A stretch of DNA of 24,000 nt from Epidermidibacterium keratini (GCF_009834025.1 NZ_CP047156.1:2850067-2874066), one strand, 5' to 3'. Positions 7,789 through 16,988 are shown, counted from the first letter of the stretch. Made by a program: numbers and translations. The notes: generated by a model not told the origin, from the sequence alone.

Positions 7789-9129
7789 TTAGGCGGTAGC
7801 AGGTGCGGCGAGCGCGGGTTCGCGTTCCTCGCCGAACGGATCCGCCGAGCGGGTGCTCTCGAAGACGTCTTTGTCCAGGATGCCCTCACGCTTGGCGACG
7901 ATGGTCGGCACGAGAGCCTGCCCGGCGACGTTGACCGCCGTACGGCCCATGTCCAGGATCGGGTCGACCGCGAGCAGCAGGCCGACACCGGCCAGCGGCA
8001 GGCCGAGCGTTGACAGCGTCAGCGTCAGCATCACGACCGCGCCGGTCACGCCCGCGGTCGCGGCCGAGCCGACGACCGAGACGAGTGCGATCAGCAGGTA
8101 GTCGCCGATACCGAGGTCGATCCCGAAGAACTGCGCCACGAAGATCGCCGACAGGGCAGGATAAATCGCCGCGCAACCGTCCATCTTGGTGGTGGCGCCA
8201 AGGGGCACGGCGAAGCTCGCGTACTCGCGGGGTACGCCGAGGTTCGTCGTCGTCACCCGCTCGGTGACCGGCAGCGTGCCGATCGAGGAGCGCGAGACGA
8301 AACCGAGCTGGATCGCCGGCCATGCGCCCGCGAACCAGCGGCGTACTGACAGCCCGTTGAGCTTCAGCAGCACCGGGTAGACGACGAAGAGCACCAGCAG
8401 CAGGCCGGCATACACCGCGGCGACGAAGACGCCGAGCGATGAAAGAGATTCCCAGCCATAGCTGGCAACCGCGTTGCCGATCAGGCCGAGCGTGCCGATC
8501 GGGGCGAGCAGGATGATCCACCACAGGACCTTCTGCACGATCGCCAGCAGCGAGGCATTGAAGGCCAGGAACGGCTCGGCGGCCTTGCCGACCTTAAGCG
8601 CGGCGATGCCGATCGCCAGCGAGATCACCAGCAGCTGCAGCACGTTAAAGGAGAGTCCCACGCCCTCATCGGAGGCTGATGCCTCTAGCCCGAGGATGTT
8701 GCCCGGCACCAGCCCGAGCAGGAAGTCCCACCAGGAGCCCTGGGTGGAGACCGCGCTCGCAGCCGACTCGTCGACCGAGGTGTGCAGGCCCGGATTGGTG
8801 GTCAGGCCGAGGACAAGGCCGATGCTCACCGCGATCGCTGCGGTGATGGCAAACCACAGCAGCGTCTGACCGGCCAGGCGTGCGGCGTTCGAGACCTTGC
8901 GCAGGTTGGCGATGGAGGCAATGACCGCGGTGACGATCAGCGGGATGACGATGACCCGCAGCAGCGCGACGAAGGTGCTGCCGATGGTGTCGAGGGTTGA
9001 GGTGAGCCAGTTGGGCTCGCCGTCGCCGACGGTGCCCATCGAGCGAGCGAGCAGGCCGAGCCCGACGCCGATGATGAGGGCGAGGAAGATCTGTGCCGCA
9101 AACGGCACTTTGCGCAAGGCGCGAAGCAT
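7789..9129 (-). CDS. Dicarboxylate/amino acid:cation symporter (DAACS / GltP-SstT family)
   Basis: 446-aa polytopic protein. It has a family-typical N-terminus (QIFLALIIGVGLGLL), the re-entrant loop region SRSSIGTLPVT, and TKMDGCAAIYPALSAIFVAQ, GSAATAGVTGAVVML, AVDPILDMGRTAVNVAGQA. Confidence 0.9.
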   Translation of the reverse strand: MLRALRKVPFAAQIFLALIIGVGLGLLARSMGTVGDGEPNWLTSTLDTIGSTFVALLRVIVIPLIVTAVIASIANLRKVSNAARLAGQTLLWFAITAAIAVSIGLVLGLTTNPGLHTSVDESAASAVSTQGSWWDFLLGLVPGNILGLEASASDEGVGLSFNVLQLLVISLAIGIAALKVGKAAEPFLAFNASLLAIVQKVLWWIILLAPIGTLGLIGNAVASYGWESLSSLGVFVAAVYAGLLLVLFVVYPVLLKLNGLSVRRWFAGAWPAIQLGFVSRSSIGTLPVTERVTTTNLGVPREYASFAVPLGATTKMDGCAAIYPALSAIFVAQFFGIDLGIGDYLLIALVSVVGSAATAGVTGAVVMLTLTLSTLGLPLAGVGLLLAVDPILDMGRTAVNVAGQALVPTIVAKREGILDKDVFESTRSADPFGEEREPALAAPATA

Positions 9130-9345
9130 GGAGGAACCTTTCGGAAAAGACTGAGACGGGCTGGAGGTACGCCGGTCGTCAGCAGCCCGAGGTCTGCGCC
9201 CGCGCGAGATCGATGTGCAGTCGCCGCGTCAGGCCCCACAGATTTCCCACAACAAACGCAACGGCACGCCGCGGAGGGTTCATTCCGCTGTCGCGCATTT
9301 TTCTGGTCCTGACGTGAATTGAAAGCCGGTGAGAACCCGACGATT

Positions 9346-10035
9346 CTAGCCGGACCGGTTGGCGTCCTTATCCGCGCCCAGCCAGCCGATGGCCGCCGAG
9401 GCGAAGTCCGGGCGCTGCGCGGCGCCGGCCGGGATGGTGCCCAGCAGCGGTACATCTAACGCGGCGAGGTAGCGGTAGTTGTCACGCTCGACGATGCCTG
9501 GATCGGCCGGCCAGCTGCCGATGACGATCCCCGCAATGCGGCGCCCGCGGCGGTGCAGCGCCTCAACGGTGAGCATGGTGTGGTTGAGCGTGCCGAGCGC
9601 TGCCCGCACCACCACGATGACGGCGGCATCGAGCGCACCGGCGAGGTCGGCAATCGTCTCGCGCGCCCCGGTCAGCTCGACGAGCAGGCCGCCGGCCCCT
9701 TCCACAAGCACGTGATCATGCTGCCCGGAGAGGGCGGCCACCTCGTGACGATGATCGTCCAGGCGTGGAAGGCGCACCCCGTCGATCTCAGCAGCAGGCA
9801 CCGGCGCCATCGGCTCGGTGAGCCGGCACCCCTCGGCGATGGTGGCGCCGGTCAGTCGGCGTACGACCTGCATGTCGCCCTCGTCGCCCGGCCCGACGCC
9901 GGTCTGGGCCGGCTTGTACGCCGCGACGCTCCGGCCGGCGCCCTGCAACGCAGCGGCCAGAGCAGCGGTCACGATCGTTTTGCCGACGTCCGTGTCGGTG
10001 CCAGTGACCGCGACGACGGGCGGCAGACTCAGCAC
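9346..10035 (-). CDS. bioD: ATP-dependent dethiobiotin synthetase
   Basis: P-loop VVAVTGTDTDVGKTIVTAAL, KPAQTG, VLVEGAGGLLV. The GTG start overlaps the bioF stop (GTGCTGA, 7-nt overlap). Confidence 0.9.
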   Translation of the reverse strand: MLSLPPVVAVTGTDTDVGKTIVTAALAAALQGAGRSVAAYKPAQTGVGPGDEGDMQVVRRLTGATIAEGCRLTEPMAPVPAAEIDGVRLPRLDDHRHEVAALSGQHDHVLVEGAGGLLVELTGARETIADLAGALDAAVIVVVRAALGTLNHTMLTVEALHRRGRRIAGIVIGSWPADPGIVERDNYRYLAALDVPLLGTIPAGAAQRPDFASAAIGWLGADKDANRSG

Positions 10036-11144
10036 GCCGCCGCCCGGCGTACCTCATCGGCGGTAAACTCGACCTGGACGGGTGTGAGGTCAGCCCGTGC
10101 GGTCAGCCGTAGCCGAGCAACCTCATCGGGTGTGCTCGGCGGGCGGAAGCAGCCGACGAGTACGCCGCGCTCGCGCAGCTGCTCGCGGGCCGCGACGGCG
10201 GCGGCCGGAGTTGGCATCGGGACCGACAGCACCGCGCCGGCACTGGGCGAGATCTCCAGAGCCCGTGAGATCTGTGCGGTGTGGCGGCCGATGGCGACGA
10301 CGAGGTCTGGCTGCTCACGCACGATATTGGTCGCGGCAAGTGCGCCGGCGGCGGCTGCCGGAGCGAGGCCGGTGTCGAAGATGAACGTGCGTGCGGCGTT
10401 GATCAGGTGCTCGCGCACTGCGGGGGTGCCGAGTACGACGCCGCCCTGGGCTCCGAGCGCTTTGGAGAGGGTGGCCGTCACGATCACGTCCTCGGCACCG
10501 GCGATCCCGAGCGTGTGCGCGAGCCCGCGGCCCTCACCGGCGACCCCGATGCCGTGTGCCTCGTCGATGATCAGCAGTGCGCCGTATCGCGCGCACACGT
10601 CGGCGAGCTCGCTCAGCGGCGCCGCGTCGCCGAGTACGGAGTAGACCGACTCGACCGCGACGATGCTGCGGCCCGGTTGCTGTGACAGCGCACGAGCGAG
10701 GTCGTCGATGTCGTTGTGGGCAAACGTCTCGTGCGGTGCTCGCGACATCCGTGCCGCGTCATGCAGCGATGCGTGTGCATGCTCATCGAGCAATATCGAA
10801 GTATCGCGATCTACGAATGCAGTCACCGCGCCCAGGTTGGCGGCATAGCCAGAAGCGAAGACGAGAGCCGACTGCTGCCCGCAGAGCTCGGCAAGCGCGG
10901 CCTCCAGGTCCTCGTGCACCGGCAGGGTCCCGGTGACCAGTCGCGATGCGCCCGCGCCGGCGCCGTACTCCTCGAGCGCCGCAACAGCGGCCGCGACGAC
11001 CCGCGAGTCCCGGCTGAGCCCGAGGTAGTCGTTGCCGGCCAGGTCGATCGTCGCGTCGTCGCGCAGTACGCCGATCGTGCGTGTCGTGCCGCGCTCGTCG
11101 CGCAGCTCGGCACGCTGGGCGAGCCACGACGTCCACGTGCTCAT
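10029..11144 (-). CDS. bioF: 8-amino-7-oxononanoate synthase
   Basis: PLP alpha-oxoamine synthase strings: NDYLGLS, ALVFASGYAANLG, LIIDEAHGIGVAG, VTATLSKALGAQGG (PLP lysine). ATG 11144 overlaps the bioA stop (ATGA). The ORF extension to 11258 lies inside bioA. Confidence 0.9.
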   Translation of the reverse strand: MSTWTSWLAQRAELRDERGTTRTIGVLRDDATIDLAGNDYLGLSRDSRVVAAAVAALEEYGAGAGASRLVTGTLPVHEDLEAALAELCGQQSALVFASGYAANLGAVTAFVDRDTSILLDEHAHASLHDAARMSRAPHETFAHNDIDDLARALSQQPGRSIVAVESVYSVLGDAAPLSELADVCARYGALLIIDEAHGIGVAGEGRGLAHTLGIAGAEDVIVTATLSKALGAQGGVVLGTPAVREHLINAARTFIFDTGLAPAAAAGALAATNIVREQPDLVVAIGRHTAQISRALEISPSAGAVLSVPMPTPAAAVAAREQLRERGVLVGCFRPPSTPDEVARLRLTARADLTPVQVEFTADEVRRAAAC

Positions 11145-12469
11145 CGGTAGACCTCGCAGGTGGCGCCGATGATCGCGGCACCGATCGCGGCGATGTGCTC
11201 GGCGCTGCTGACGTAGGGCGGCATCGTGTAGACGAGGTCGCGAAACGGCCGCACCCATACGCCGCGGCGGACGGCGGCCGCGGCGACGGCGGGGACGTCG
11301 ACATCGCGGTCGAGTTGCACAACCCCGACCGCGCCGAGGACGCGGACGTCGTGCACCACCGGTAGGTCTCGTGCGGGAGCGAGGGCCGCCTGCAGCTCAC
11401 CCTCGATGCGGGCGACCTGCTCGCCGGCGTGCGTAGTGATCAGATCGACCGACGCGGCGGCGATCGCGCAGGCGAGCGGATTGGCCATGAACGTCGGTCC
11501 GTGCAGCAGCGCGCGCAGCTCGGAGCTGGCGATGACCGAGCCGACGCGCTCGGTCATCAGCACCGCAGCCAGGGTCAGGTAGCCGCCGGTCAGCGCCTTG
11601 CCCACGCACATCACGTCCGGTGCGATATCGGCCCACTCGCAGGCAAAGAGCCGCCCGGTGCGACCAAACGCCGTCGCGATCTCGTCGGCGATCAGCAGGA
11701 GGTCGTAGTCGTCGGCGACCTCGCGCATGACGCGCAGGCACTGCGGCGGGTAGATGTACATCCCGCCGGCGCCCTGCAGCACCGGCTCGACCACGATCGC
11801 CGCCAGCTCGTCGCGGTGCGCCGCGGCTAGCTCCCGAAACGCAGATTCCCAGTCCTGCAAGGCTTCTTCGTCGTACTGCCAGCCGTCGGGACCGTAGGAC
11901 GCCTGCGGCGGGCGTGGCGCGAAGAGCTGCCCGGCCACCAGACCGGGGAAGGCCGAGTGCATGCCGCCGACGGGGTCGCACATGCTCATCGCGGCAAACG
12001 TGTCGCCGTGGTAGCCGCCGCGTACCGTCAGCATCCGTTGACGCTGCGGGCGTCCACGGCCGATCTGGTACTGCACGGCGAGCTTGAGCGCGACCTCGAC
12101 CGAGACCGAACCGGAGTCGGCGAAGAAGACGTGCGCCATCGGCCCGGGTGCGATAGCGACGAGCCGTTCGGCGAGCGCGATCGCCGGTTCGTGGGTCAGC
12201 CCGCCGAACATGACATGGCTGAACTCCCCGAGCTGGTCGGCGGCGGCCGCATCCAGGGTCGGGTTGCGATAGCCGTGCACCGCGCACCACCACGACGACA
12301 TCGCGTCGATCACCCGGTGCGTCTGGCCGTCAGCAGCGGTGAGCTGCAGGTGCACCCCGTCGGCGGCCGTGACGGCGTACGGCGCCGGCCCGTCGAGCGC
12401 GGCATACGGGTGCCACAGCAGGCCGCGGTCGCGCTCGATCAGGGCCGGGCGCTGCGCCGTCTTAGGCAT
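11141..12469 (-). CDS. bioA: Adenosylmethionine-8-amino-7-oxononanoate aminotransferase
   Basis: Class-III aminotransferase: [58 protein letters not shown] (PLP lysine). ATG 12469 lies 8 nt inside the 3' end of bioB; an alternative TTG is at 12478. Confidence 0.9.
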   Translation of the reverse strand: MPKTAQRPALIERDRGLLWHPYAALDGPAPYAVTAADGVHLQLTAADGQTHRVIDAMSSWWCAVHGYRNPTLDAAAADQLGEFSHVMFGGLTHEPAIALAERLVAIAPGPMAHVFFADSGSVSVEVALKLAVQYQIGRGRPQRQRMLTVRGGYHGDTFAAMSMCDPVGGMHSAFPGLVAGQLFAPRPPQASYGPDGWQYDEEALQDWESAFRELAAAHRDELAAIVVEPVLQGAGGMYIYPPQCLRVMREVADDYDLLLIADEIATAFGRTGRLFACEWADIAPDVMCVGKALTGGYLTLAAVLMTERVGSVIASSELRALLHGPTFMANPLACAIAAASVDLITTHAGEQVARIEGELQAALAPARDLPVVHDVRVLGAVGVVQLDRDVDVPAVAAAAVRRGVWVRPFRDLVYTMPPYVSSAEHIAAIGAAIIGATCEVYR

Positions 12470-13526
12470 TGGGTGCAACGGTCGTGCCCGCGCCGCGGCG
12501 GCGGATCGCCGGGTCGTGCGATGCGGTCGCGCTGGGGGCGGCCTGCGAGGCGCCCAGTACGACGAAGCCGTTGTCGGCGATCAGCTCCAGGTCTGCCTCG
12601 GCGGCCTGTCCCTCAGAGGTGAGGTAGTCACCGAGGAAGATCGAGTTGGCGACGTGCAGGGCAAGGCCCTGCAGCGTGCGCAGGTGCATCTCGCGGCCGC
12701 CGGCGATCCGCACCTCGCGGTCGGGGCAGACGAAGCGAGCGAGGGCGAGGATCTTCAGGCAGCGCAGGGGAGTGAGCTCCCAGGTGCCGGCCAACGGGGT
12801 GCCGTCGAAGGGCATCAGGAAGTTGACCGGGATCGAGTCCGAGCCGAGCTCGCGCAGCGCGACGAGCGCCTCGACGAGCTGCTCGTCGCTCTCACCGAGT
12901 CCGGCGATCAGCCCGGAGCACGGCGAGAGTCCGGCGGCCTTGGCTTTGCTGACGGTGTCCACGCGGTCGTCGTACGTGTGAGTAGAGACGATCTCGTCGT
13001 GGTGGGACTGCGCGGTGTTGATGTTGTGGTTGTAGGCATCCACACCGGCTTCGCGCAGCCGCTGCGCCTGACCGTCGCGCAGCAGGCCCAGGCAGGCGCA
13101 CACCTCGGCCTCGGGGTGCTCGTCCTTGAGTGCGCCGACCATGCCGGCGACGCGCTCGACGTCGCGGTCGGTCGGTCCGCGGCCGCTGGAGACCATGCAC
13201 ACCCGACTCGCGCCGCCCTGCAGCCCGGCGCGGGCTTGCTCAAGCGCCTCGTCCGGGGTCAGCCATTTGTACTTCAGGATGTCGGCCTGTGAGCCCAGGC
13301 GCTGCGAGCAGTAGCCGCAGTCTTCCGGGCACAGACCCGACTTGAGGTTGACCAGGTAGTTGACCTTGACCGTGTTGGCGAAGTACTTGCGCCGCAGGCG
13401 TCCCGCGGCCGCCACGAGCTCGAGTACGTCGGCGTCCGGTGCGCGCAGGATGGCGAGCGCGTCGTCGGTGCTGATCGGCGTACCGGCGAGGACCTGGTCG
13501 GCGAGGGCGGCGTATGGCGTGGTCAT
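12462..13526 (-). CDS. bioB: Biotin synthase (radical SAM)
   Basis: Radical-SAM cluster motif [12 protein letters not shown], plus [26 protein letters not shown] and LALARF. The RBS GAGGAG sits upstream of ATG 13526. Confidence 0.95.
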   Translation of the reverse strand: MTTPYAALADQVLAGTPISTDDALAILRAPDADVLELVAAAGRLRRKYFANTVKVNYLVNLKSGLCPEDCGYCSQRLGSQADILKYKWLTPDEALEQARAGLQGGASRVCMVSSGRGPTDRDVERVAGMVGALKDEHPEAEVCACLGLLRDGQAQRLREAGVDAYNHNINTAQSHHDEIVSTHTYDDRVDTVSKAKAAGLSPCSGLIAGLGESDEQLVEALVALRELGSDSIPVNFLMPFDGTPLAGTWELTPLRCLKILALARFVCPDREVRIAGGREMHLRTLQGLALHVANSIFLGDYLTSEGQAAEADLELIADNGFVVLGASQAAPSATASHDPAIRRRGAGTTVAPNA

Positions 13527-13549
13527 GGGAACTCCTCACGGCAGGGACT

Positions 13550-13582
13550 TGAACGGTGTTCAGGCTACCTGAACGGTGTTCA
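13550..13582. promoter_or_regulatory. Two BioQ-type operator palindromes TGAACGGTGTTCA (13550-13562 and 13570-13582)
   Basis: Two identical perfect TGAAC-N3-GTTCA palindromes lie 20 bp centre-to-centre in the 103-bp bioB/TetR divergent region. Their flanks are also symmetric (ACTTGAAC...GTTCAGG ct a CCTGAAC...GTTCAAGT). The motif matches the BioQ box recalled for Corynebacterium/Mycobacterium. Confidence 0.65.
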
Positions 13583-13629
13583 AGTTCCAGCGGCGCTAGG
13601 CTCGCGATCGTGAGGGGAGGGCCGAGTCG

Positions 13630-14154
13630 ATGGCGTTGACGCGTGTGCGGGTCGTTGATGTCGCGACCTCGATCCTGCGCGAGTTCGGCCTTGGCGACCT
13701 CTCGATGCGCCGCCTCGCCCGGGAGCTCGACGTCGCGCCCGGCGCGATCTATTGGCACATCGCAAACAAGCAGGTGCTGCTGGCCGCAGTTGCCGAGCGG
13801 CTGCTCGCCGACGTGCCGCTTGGTGAGCAGGGCGCCGATGATCCGGCCGCGGCACTGCGCGCGCACGTCCTGGCGGTCCGGGACGCCTTGCTGCCGGTGC
13901 CGGACGGCGCCGACGTGGTCGCGATCGCCTACACCCTCGATCCGGACTCGGTTCCGGCGCTGCGCGAGATCGGCGTACTGCTCAAGGAGGCTGGGGCGCA
14001 GGACGTGGCGGCGAGCACCGACCTCGTCGTACACCACATCCTCGGTTCGGTCGCCGCCACGCAGGTGCGTGCCGCCTCACCCGAGGAGGCCGTATCGAGT
14101 CCGGACAGATTCGAGCCCGCGCTCGACATCCTCCTCGGGCTTAGCTGTGGCTGA
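13630..14154 (+). CDS. bioQ: TetR family regulator, probable biotin-operon repressor (BioQ-like)
   Basis: TetR HTH: ILREFGLGDLSMRRLARELDVAPGAIYWHIANKQVLL. The RBS GAGGGGAGGG sits before ATG 13630. It is divergent from bioBAFD with the TGAAC-N3-GTTCA boxes between them. The BioQ assignment is by context plus operator, not by measured similarity. Confidence 0.7.
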   Translation: MALTRVRVVDVATSILREFGLGDLSMRRLARELDVAPGAIYWHIANKQVLLAAVAERLLADVPLGEQGADDPAAALRAHVLAVRDALLPVPDGADVVAIAYTLDPDSVPALREIGVLLKEAGAQDVAASTDLVVHHILGSVAATQVRAASPEEAVSSPDRFEPALDILLGLSCG

Positions 14155-14182
14155 TTGCATGGTCTAGCCCGCAATCAGCCAC
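14147..14182. terminator. Stem-loop between convergent bioQ-like and corA genes
   Basis: 12-bp perfect stem GTGGCTGATTGC / GCAATCAGCCAC with a 12-nt loop. It overlaps the TetR stop codon (14152-14154). There is no U-tract, so terminator function is uncertain. Confidence 0.35.
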
Positions 14183-14213
14183 ACCTAGAGCCGCGGCCAT
14201 GGCCCACGCGTCG

Positions 14214-15314
14214 CTACAGCCAGCCGCTGCGCTTGAAGCCGCGATATAGCAGCGTGCAAATGGTGACGATCAGCAAGATGACCAGCGGGTAGCCGAACTT
14301 CCACTTGAGCTCGGGCATGAACTCGAAGTTCATCCCGTAGATGCCGGCGACGGCGGTGGGTACGGCGAAGATCGCCGCCCACGAGGTGATCTTGCGCATG
14401 TCCTCGTTTTCCGACAGCGAGATGCGCGCGATCTGCGCCTGCAGGATCGAGGTCAGCAGCTCATCGAGGCCGGTCACGGTGTCGCGCACCCTGATGAGGT
14501 GGTCCTCGACGTCGCGAAAGTAGTTGCGGATCTTCTTCGGCACCAGCGGCAGCTGCCGATGTGCGAGCGACTGCAGGGGGACCGCGAGCGGGGTGACAGC
14601 GCGCCGCAGCTCCAGCAGCTCTCGTTTGAGCTGGTAGATGCGGTCGACGTCCTTGCTCTTGCTGCGCGGGCTAAAGACGCTCTCTTCGAGCTCGTCGAGG
14701 TCGGTCTCGACCTCGTTGCAGACGTCGAGGTAGCGGTCGACGACGACGTCGCAGATCGCATAGAGCACGGCAGCCGGGCCGAGGGCCAGCAGGTCGCGGT
14801 CCTCGTTTTCCAGCCGATGGCGCAGCGTGGAGAAGTCGCCGAAGTTGCCGTGGCGCACGGTGATCGCGAAGTAGCTGCCGATGAAGACCATGACCTCGCT
14901 GGTGCGGATCACTTCGCTTTCGGCGGTCAGCTCGTCGTGCTCGACGTACCTGGCGGTCTTGAGCACCATGAACAGGTTGTCGTCGTAGCGCTCAAGCTTG
15001 GGGCGGTTGTGCGCGCTCATCGCGTCTTCGACCGCGAGCGGGTGCAGCCCGAACGCGTCGGCGATCTCGCCGAACTCGCCCTCTTCGGGCTCGAAGAGCC
15101 CCAGCCACACGAATCCGCCGTCGGCGCGCGCTACCTCTGCGGCGCGACGCCAGTCGTCGCACCGCTCGACGATCGCGCCGTCGCGATAGACGGCGCAGCC
15201 CACGAGGGGGTTATGAGTAACGCTCTCCACGGAGTCCTGCGAGCCGGGTTTGCGGCGTACGACGCTCAAGGAGGGCAGCGCCGGCCTGGACCGGCGCTCG
15301 TTGGTGGTAGCCAT
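14214..15314 (-). CDS. corA: Magnesium/cobalt transporter CorA
   Basis: C-terminal signature AGIYGMNFEFMPELKWKFGYP (GMN motif) followed by the final TM helix, plus the large N-terminal cytoplasmic domain. A strong RBS GGAGGAAGG lies upstream of ATG 15314. Confidence 0.9.
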   Translation of the reverse strand: MATTNERRSRPALPSLSVVRRKPGSQDSVESVTHNPLVGCAVYRDGAIVERCDDWRRAAEVARADGGFVWLGLFEPEEGEFGEIADAFGLHPLAVEDAMSAHNRPKLERYDDNLFMVLKTARYVEHDELTAESEVIRTSEVMVFIGSYFAITVRHGNFGDFSTLRHRLENEDRDLLALGPAAVLYAICDVVVDRYLDVCNEVETDLDELEESVFSPRSKSKDVDRIYQLKRELLELRRAVTPLAVPLQSLAHRQLPLVPKKIRNYFRDVEDHLIRVRDTVTGLDELLTSILQAQIARISLSENEDMRKITSWAAIFAVPTAVAGIYGMNFEFMPELKWKFGYPLVILLIVTICTLLYRGFKRSGWL

Positions 15315-15410
15315 CGTTCATGACCTTCCTCCTTCACGAAGTGTGCATGCAAGCGGGCGGGGAATGGGCAGCGCCAAATTCATACCCCGCGCCTGACTAC
15401 CCTAGACGGT

Positions 15411-16988
15411 ATGCCTGACATCCCCTCGGGGTCGTTTTTCATTACGACTCCTATCTACTACGTGACGGCCGCCCCGCATATCGGCAGCGCCTACACCACG
15501 ACCGCCGCCGACGTACTCGCTCGGTGGCACCGGCAGCGCGGCGAGAACGTGTATTTCCTGACCGGAACCGACGAGCACGGTCAGAAGGTGATGCGCACGG
15601 CACAGAAGGCCGGCAAGGGACCGCAGGAGTTCGTCGACGAGCTCGTACGCGATGAGTGGAAGCCCGCGTGGGAGCTGCTGGACATCAAGCCCGACCGGTT
15701 CATCCGCACCACCGACGAGGACCACGTCCGTCAGGTGCAGGAGTTCTGGCAGCGGCTGTACGACGCCGGCTGGGTCTACGAAGGCGAGTACACCGGGCGC
15801 TACTGCGTGGACTGTGAGGAGTTCAAGTCCGACGACCAGGTCGATGCTGAGGGCAACTGCCTGATCCACGAGCGCCCGACCGAGATCATCAGCGAGAAGA
15901 ACTGGTTCTTCAAGCTCAGCGAGTTCGGCGACAAGCTGCTCGCGCTGTATGACGAGGTCCCCGACTTCATCGCGCCAGCGGGCAGCCGCAACGAGATCAT
16001 CAACTACGTCAAGTCCGGCCTGCACGACCTGTCGATCTCCCGCTCGTCCTTCGACTGGGGCATCAAGGTGCCGTGGGATGACACGCAGGTCCTCTATGTC
16101 TGGATCGACGCCCTGCTGAACTACACCAGCGCCGCGCAGATCTTCGATGACCCCGAGCACTTCGCCGAGATCTGGCCGCCGACCCACCTGATGAGCCGCG
16201 ACATCCTGCGCTTCCACTCGGTGATCTGGCCGGCGATGCTGATGGCCGCCGGGTTCGCACCGCCGCGCCGCGTCTACGTGCACGGCTACCTGCTGGTCGG
16301 GGGCAAGAAGATGGCCAAGAGCAACGCCACGGCCATCCACCCGCGCGAGATCGTCGACACGTTCGGCGCGGACGCCTACCGCTACTACTTCATGAAGTCG
16401 ATCCCGTTCGGCTCCGACGCGTCGTTCTCGTGGGAGCACATTCAAGCGGTGTACGCCGACGAGCTCGCCAACAACCTCGGCAACCTCGCCTCCCGCGTCG
16501 CGGCGATGATCGGACGCTACTTCGACGGCGTACTGCCCTCGCCGGGAGCGCTGACCGATGCCGACGGCGAGATCGCCGACGCGCTTCGCAACGCTGCCCA
16601 GCGCGCGGATGTCGCCATCAGCAACCTGCACATCCACGAGGCGGTCGGCTACACGCACGACTTCGTGACGCGGGTCAACGGCTACATCACCGAGCAGGAG
16701 CCGTGGAAGGTCGCCAAGGACGACTCGCCGCTGGCGCGTGAGCGGCTCGCCACGATCCTCTACACCTGCGCGGAAGCGCTGCGCGCCGTCGCCGTACTGC
16801 ACAACTCGGTGATGCCGACGGCGATGGCCAAGCTGTGGGACTCACTCGGCGCCACGCAGACGCTCGGCGCGTTGGACGACCAGCCGCTGTCGAGTGCTGC
16901 CGAGTGGGGCACGCTGCCCGTCGGCGCGAGCGTGACGAAGGGCGAGGTGCTCTTTCCGCGGATCGAGACCGAGGCCGCACCGGCATGA
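15411..16988 (+). CDS. metG: Methionine--tRNA ligase
   Basis: Class-I aaRS motifs: YYVTAAPHIGSAYT (HIGH), KMAKS (KMSKS), a Zn-knuckle region YCVDCEEF...EGNCLIHERP, and the anticodon-binding region NNLGNLASR. No SD lies upstream of the ATG. Confidence 0.95.
   Translation: MPDIPSGSFFITTPIYYVTAAPHIGSAYTTTAADVLARWHRQRGENVYFLTGTDEHGQKVMRTAQKAGKGPQEFVDELVRDEWKPAWELLDIKPDRFIRTTDEDHVRQVQEFWQRLYDAGWVYEGEYTGRYCVDCEEFKSDDQVDAEGNCLIHERPTEIISEKNWFFKLSEFGDKLLALYDEVPDFIAPAGSRNEIINYVKSGLHDLSISRSSFDWGIKVPWDDTQVLYVWIDALLNYTSAAQIFDDPEHFAEIWPPTHLMSRDILRFHSVIWPAMLMAAGFAPPRRVYVHGYLLVGGKKMAKSNATAIHPREIVDTFGADAYRYYFMKSIPFGSDASFSWEHIQAVYADELANNLGNLASRVAAMIGRYFDGVLPSPGALTDADGEIADALRNAAQRADVAISNLHIHEAVGYTHDFVTRVNGYITEQEPWKVAKDDSPLARERLATILYTCAEALRAVAVLHNSVMPTAMAKLWDSLGATQTLGALDDQPLSSAAEWGTLPVGASVTKGEVLFPRIETEAAPA

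Noticed and set aside
13643-14167. 174-aa alternative-frame ORF overlapping the BioQ-like gene on the same strand
   Set aside because: Only the 13630 frame yields a TetR helix-turn-helix and has an upstream RBS. The alternative frame is Ser/Arg/Pro-rich.
15402-16802. 466-aa ORF on the minus strand, fully antisense to metG
   Set aside because: It is a typical high-GC shadow ORF. The translation is Arg/Gly/Val/Asp-rich with no recognisable motifs, while the plus-strand frame carries unambiguous MetRS motifs (HIGH, KMSKS).
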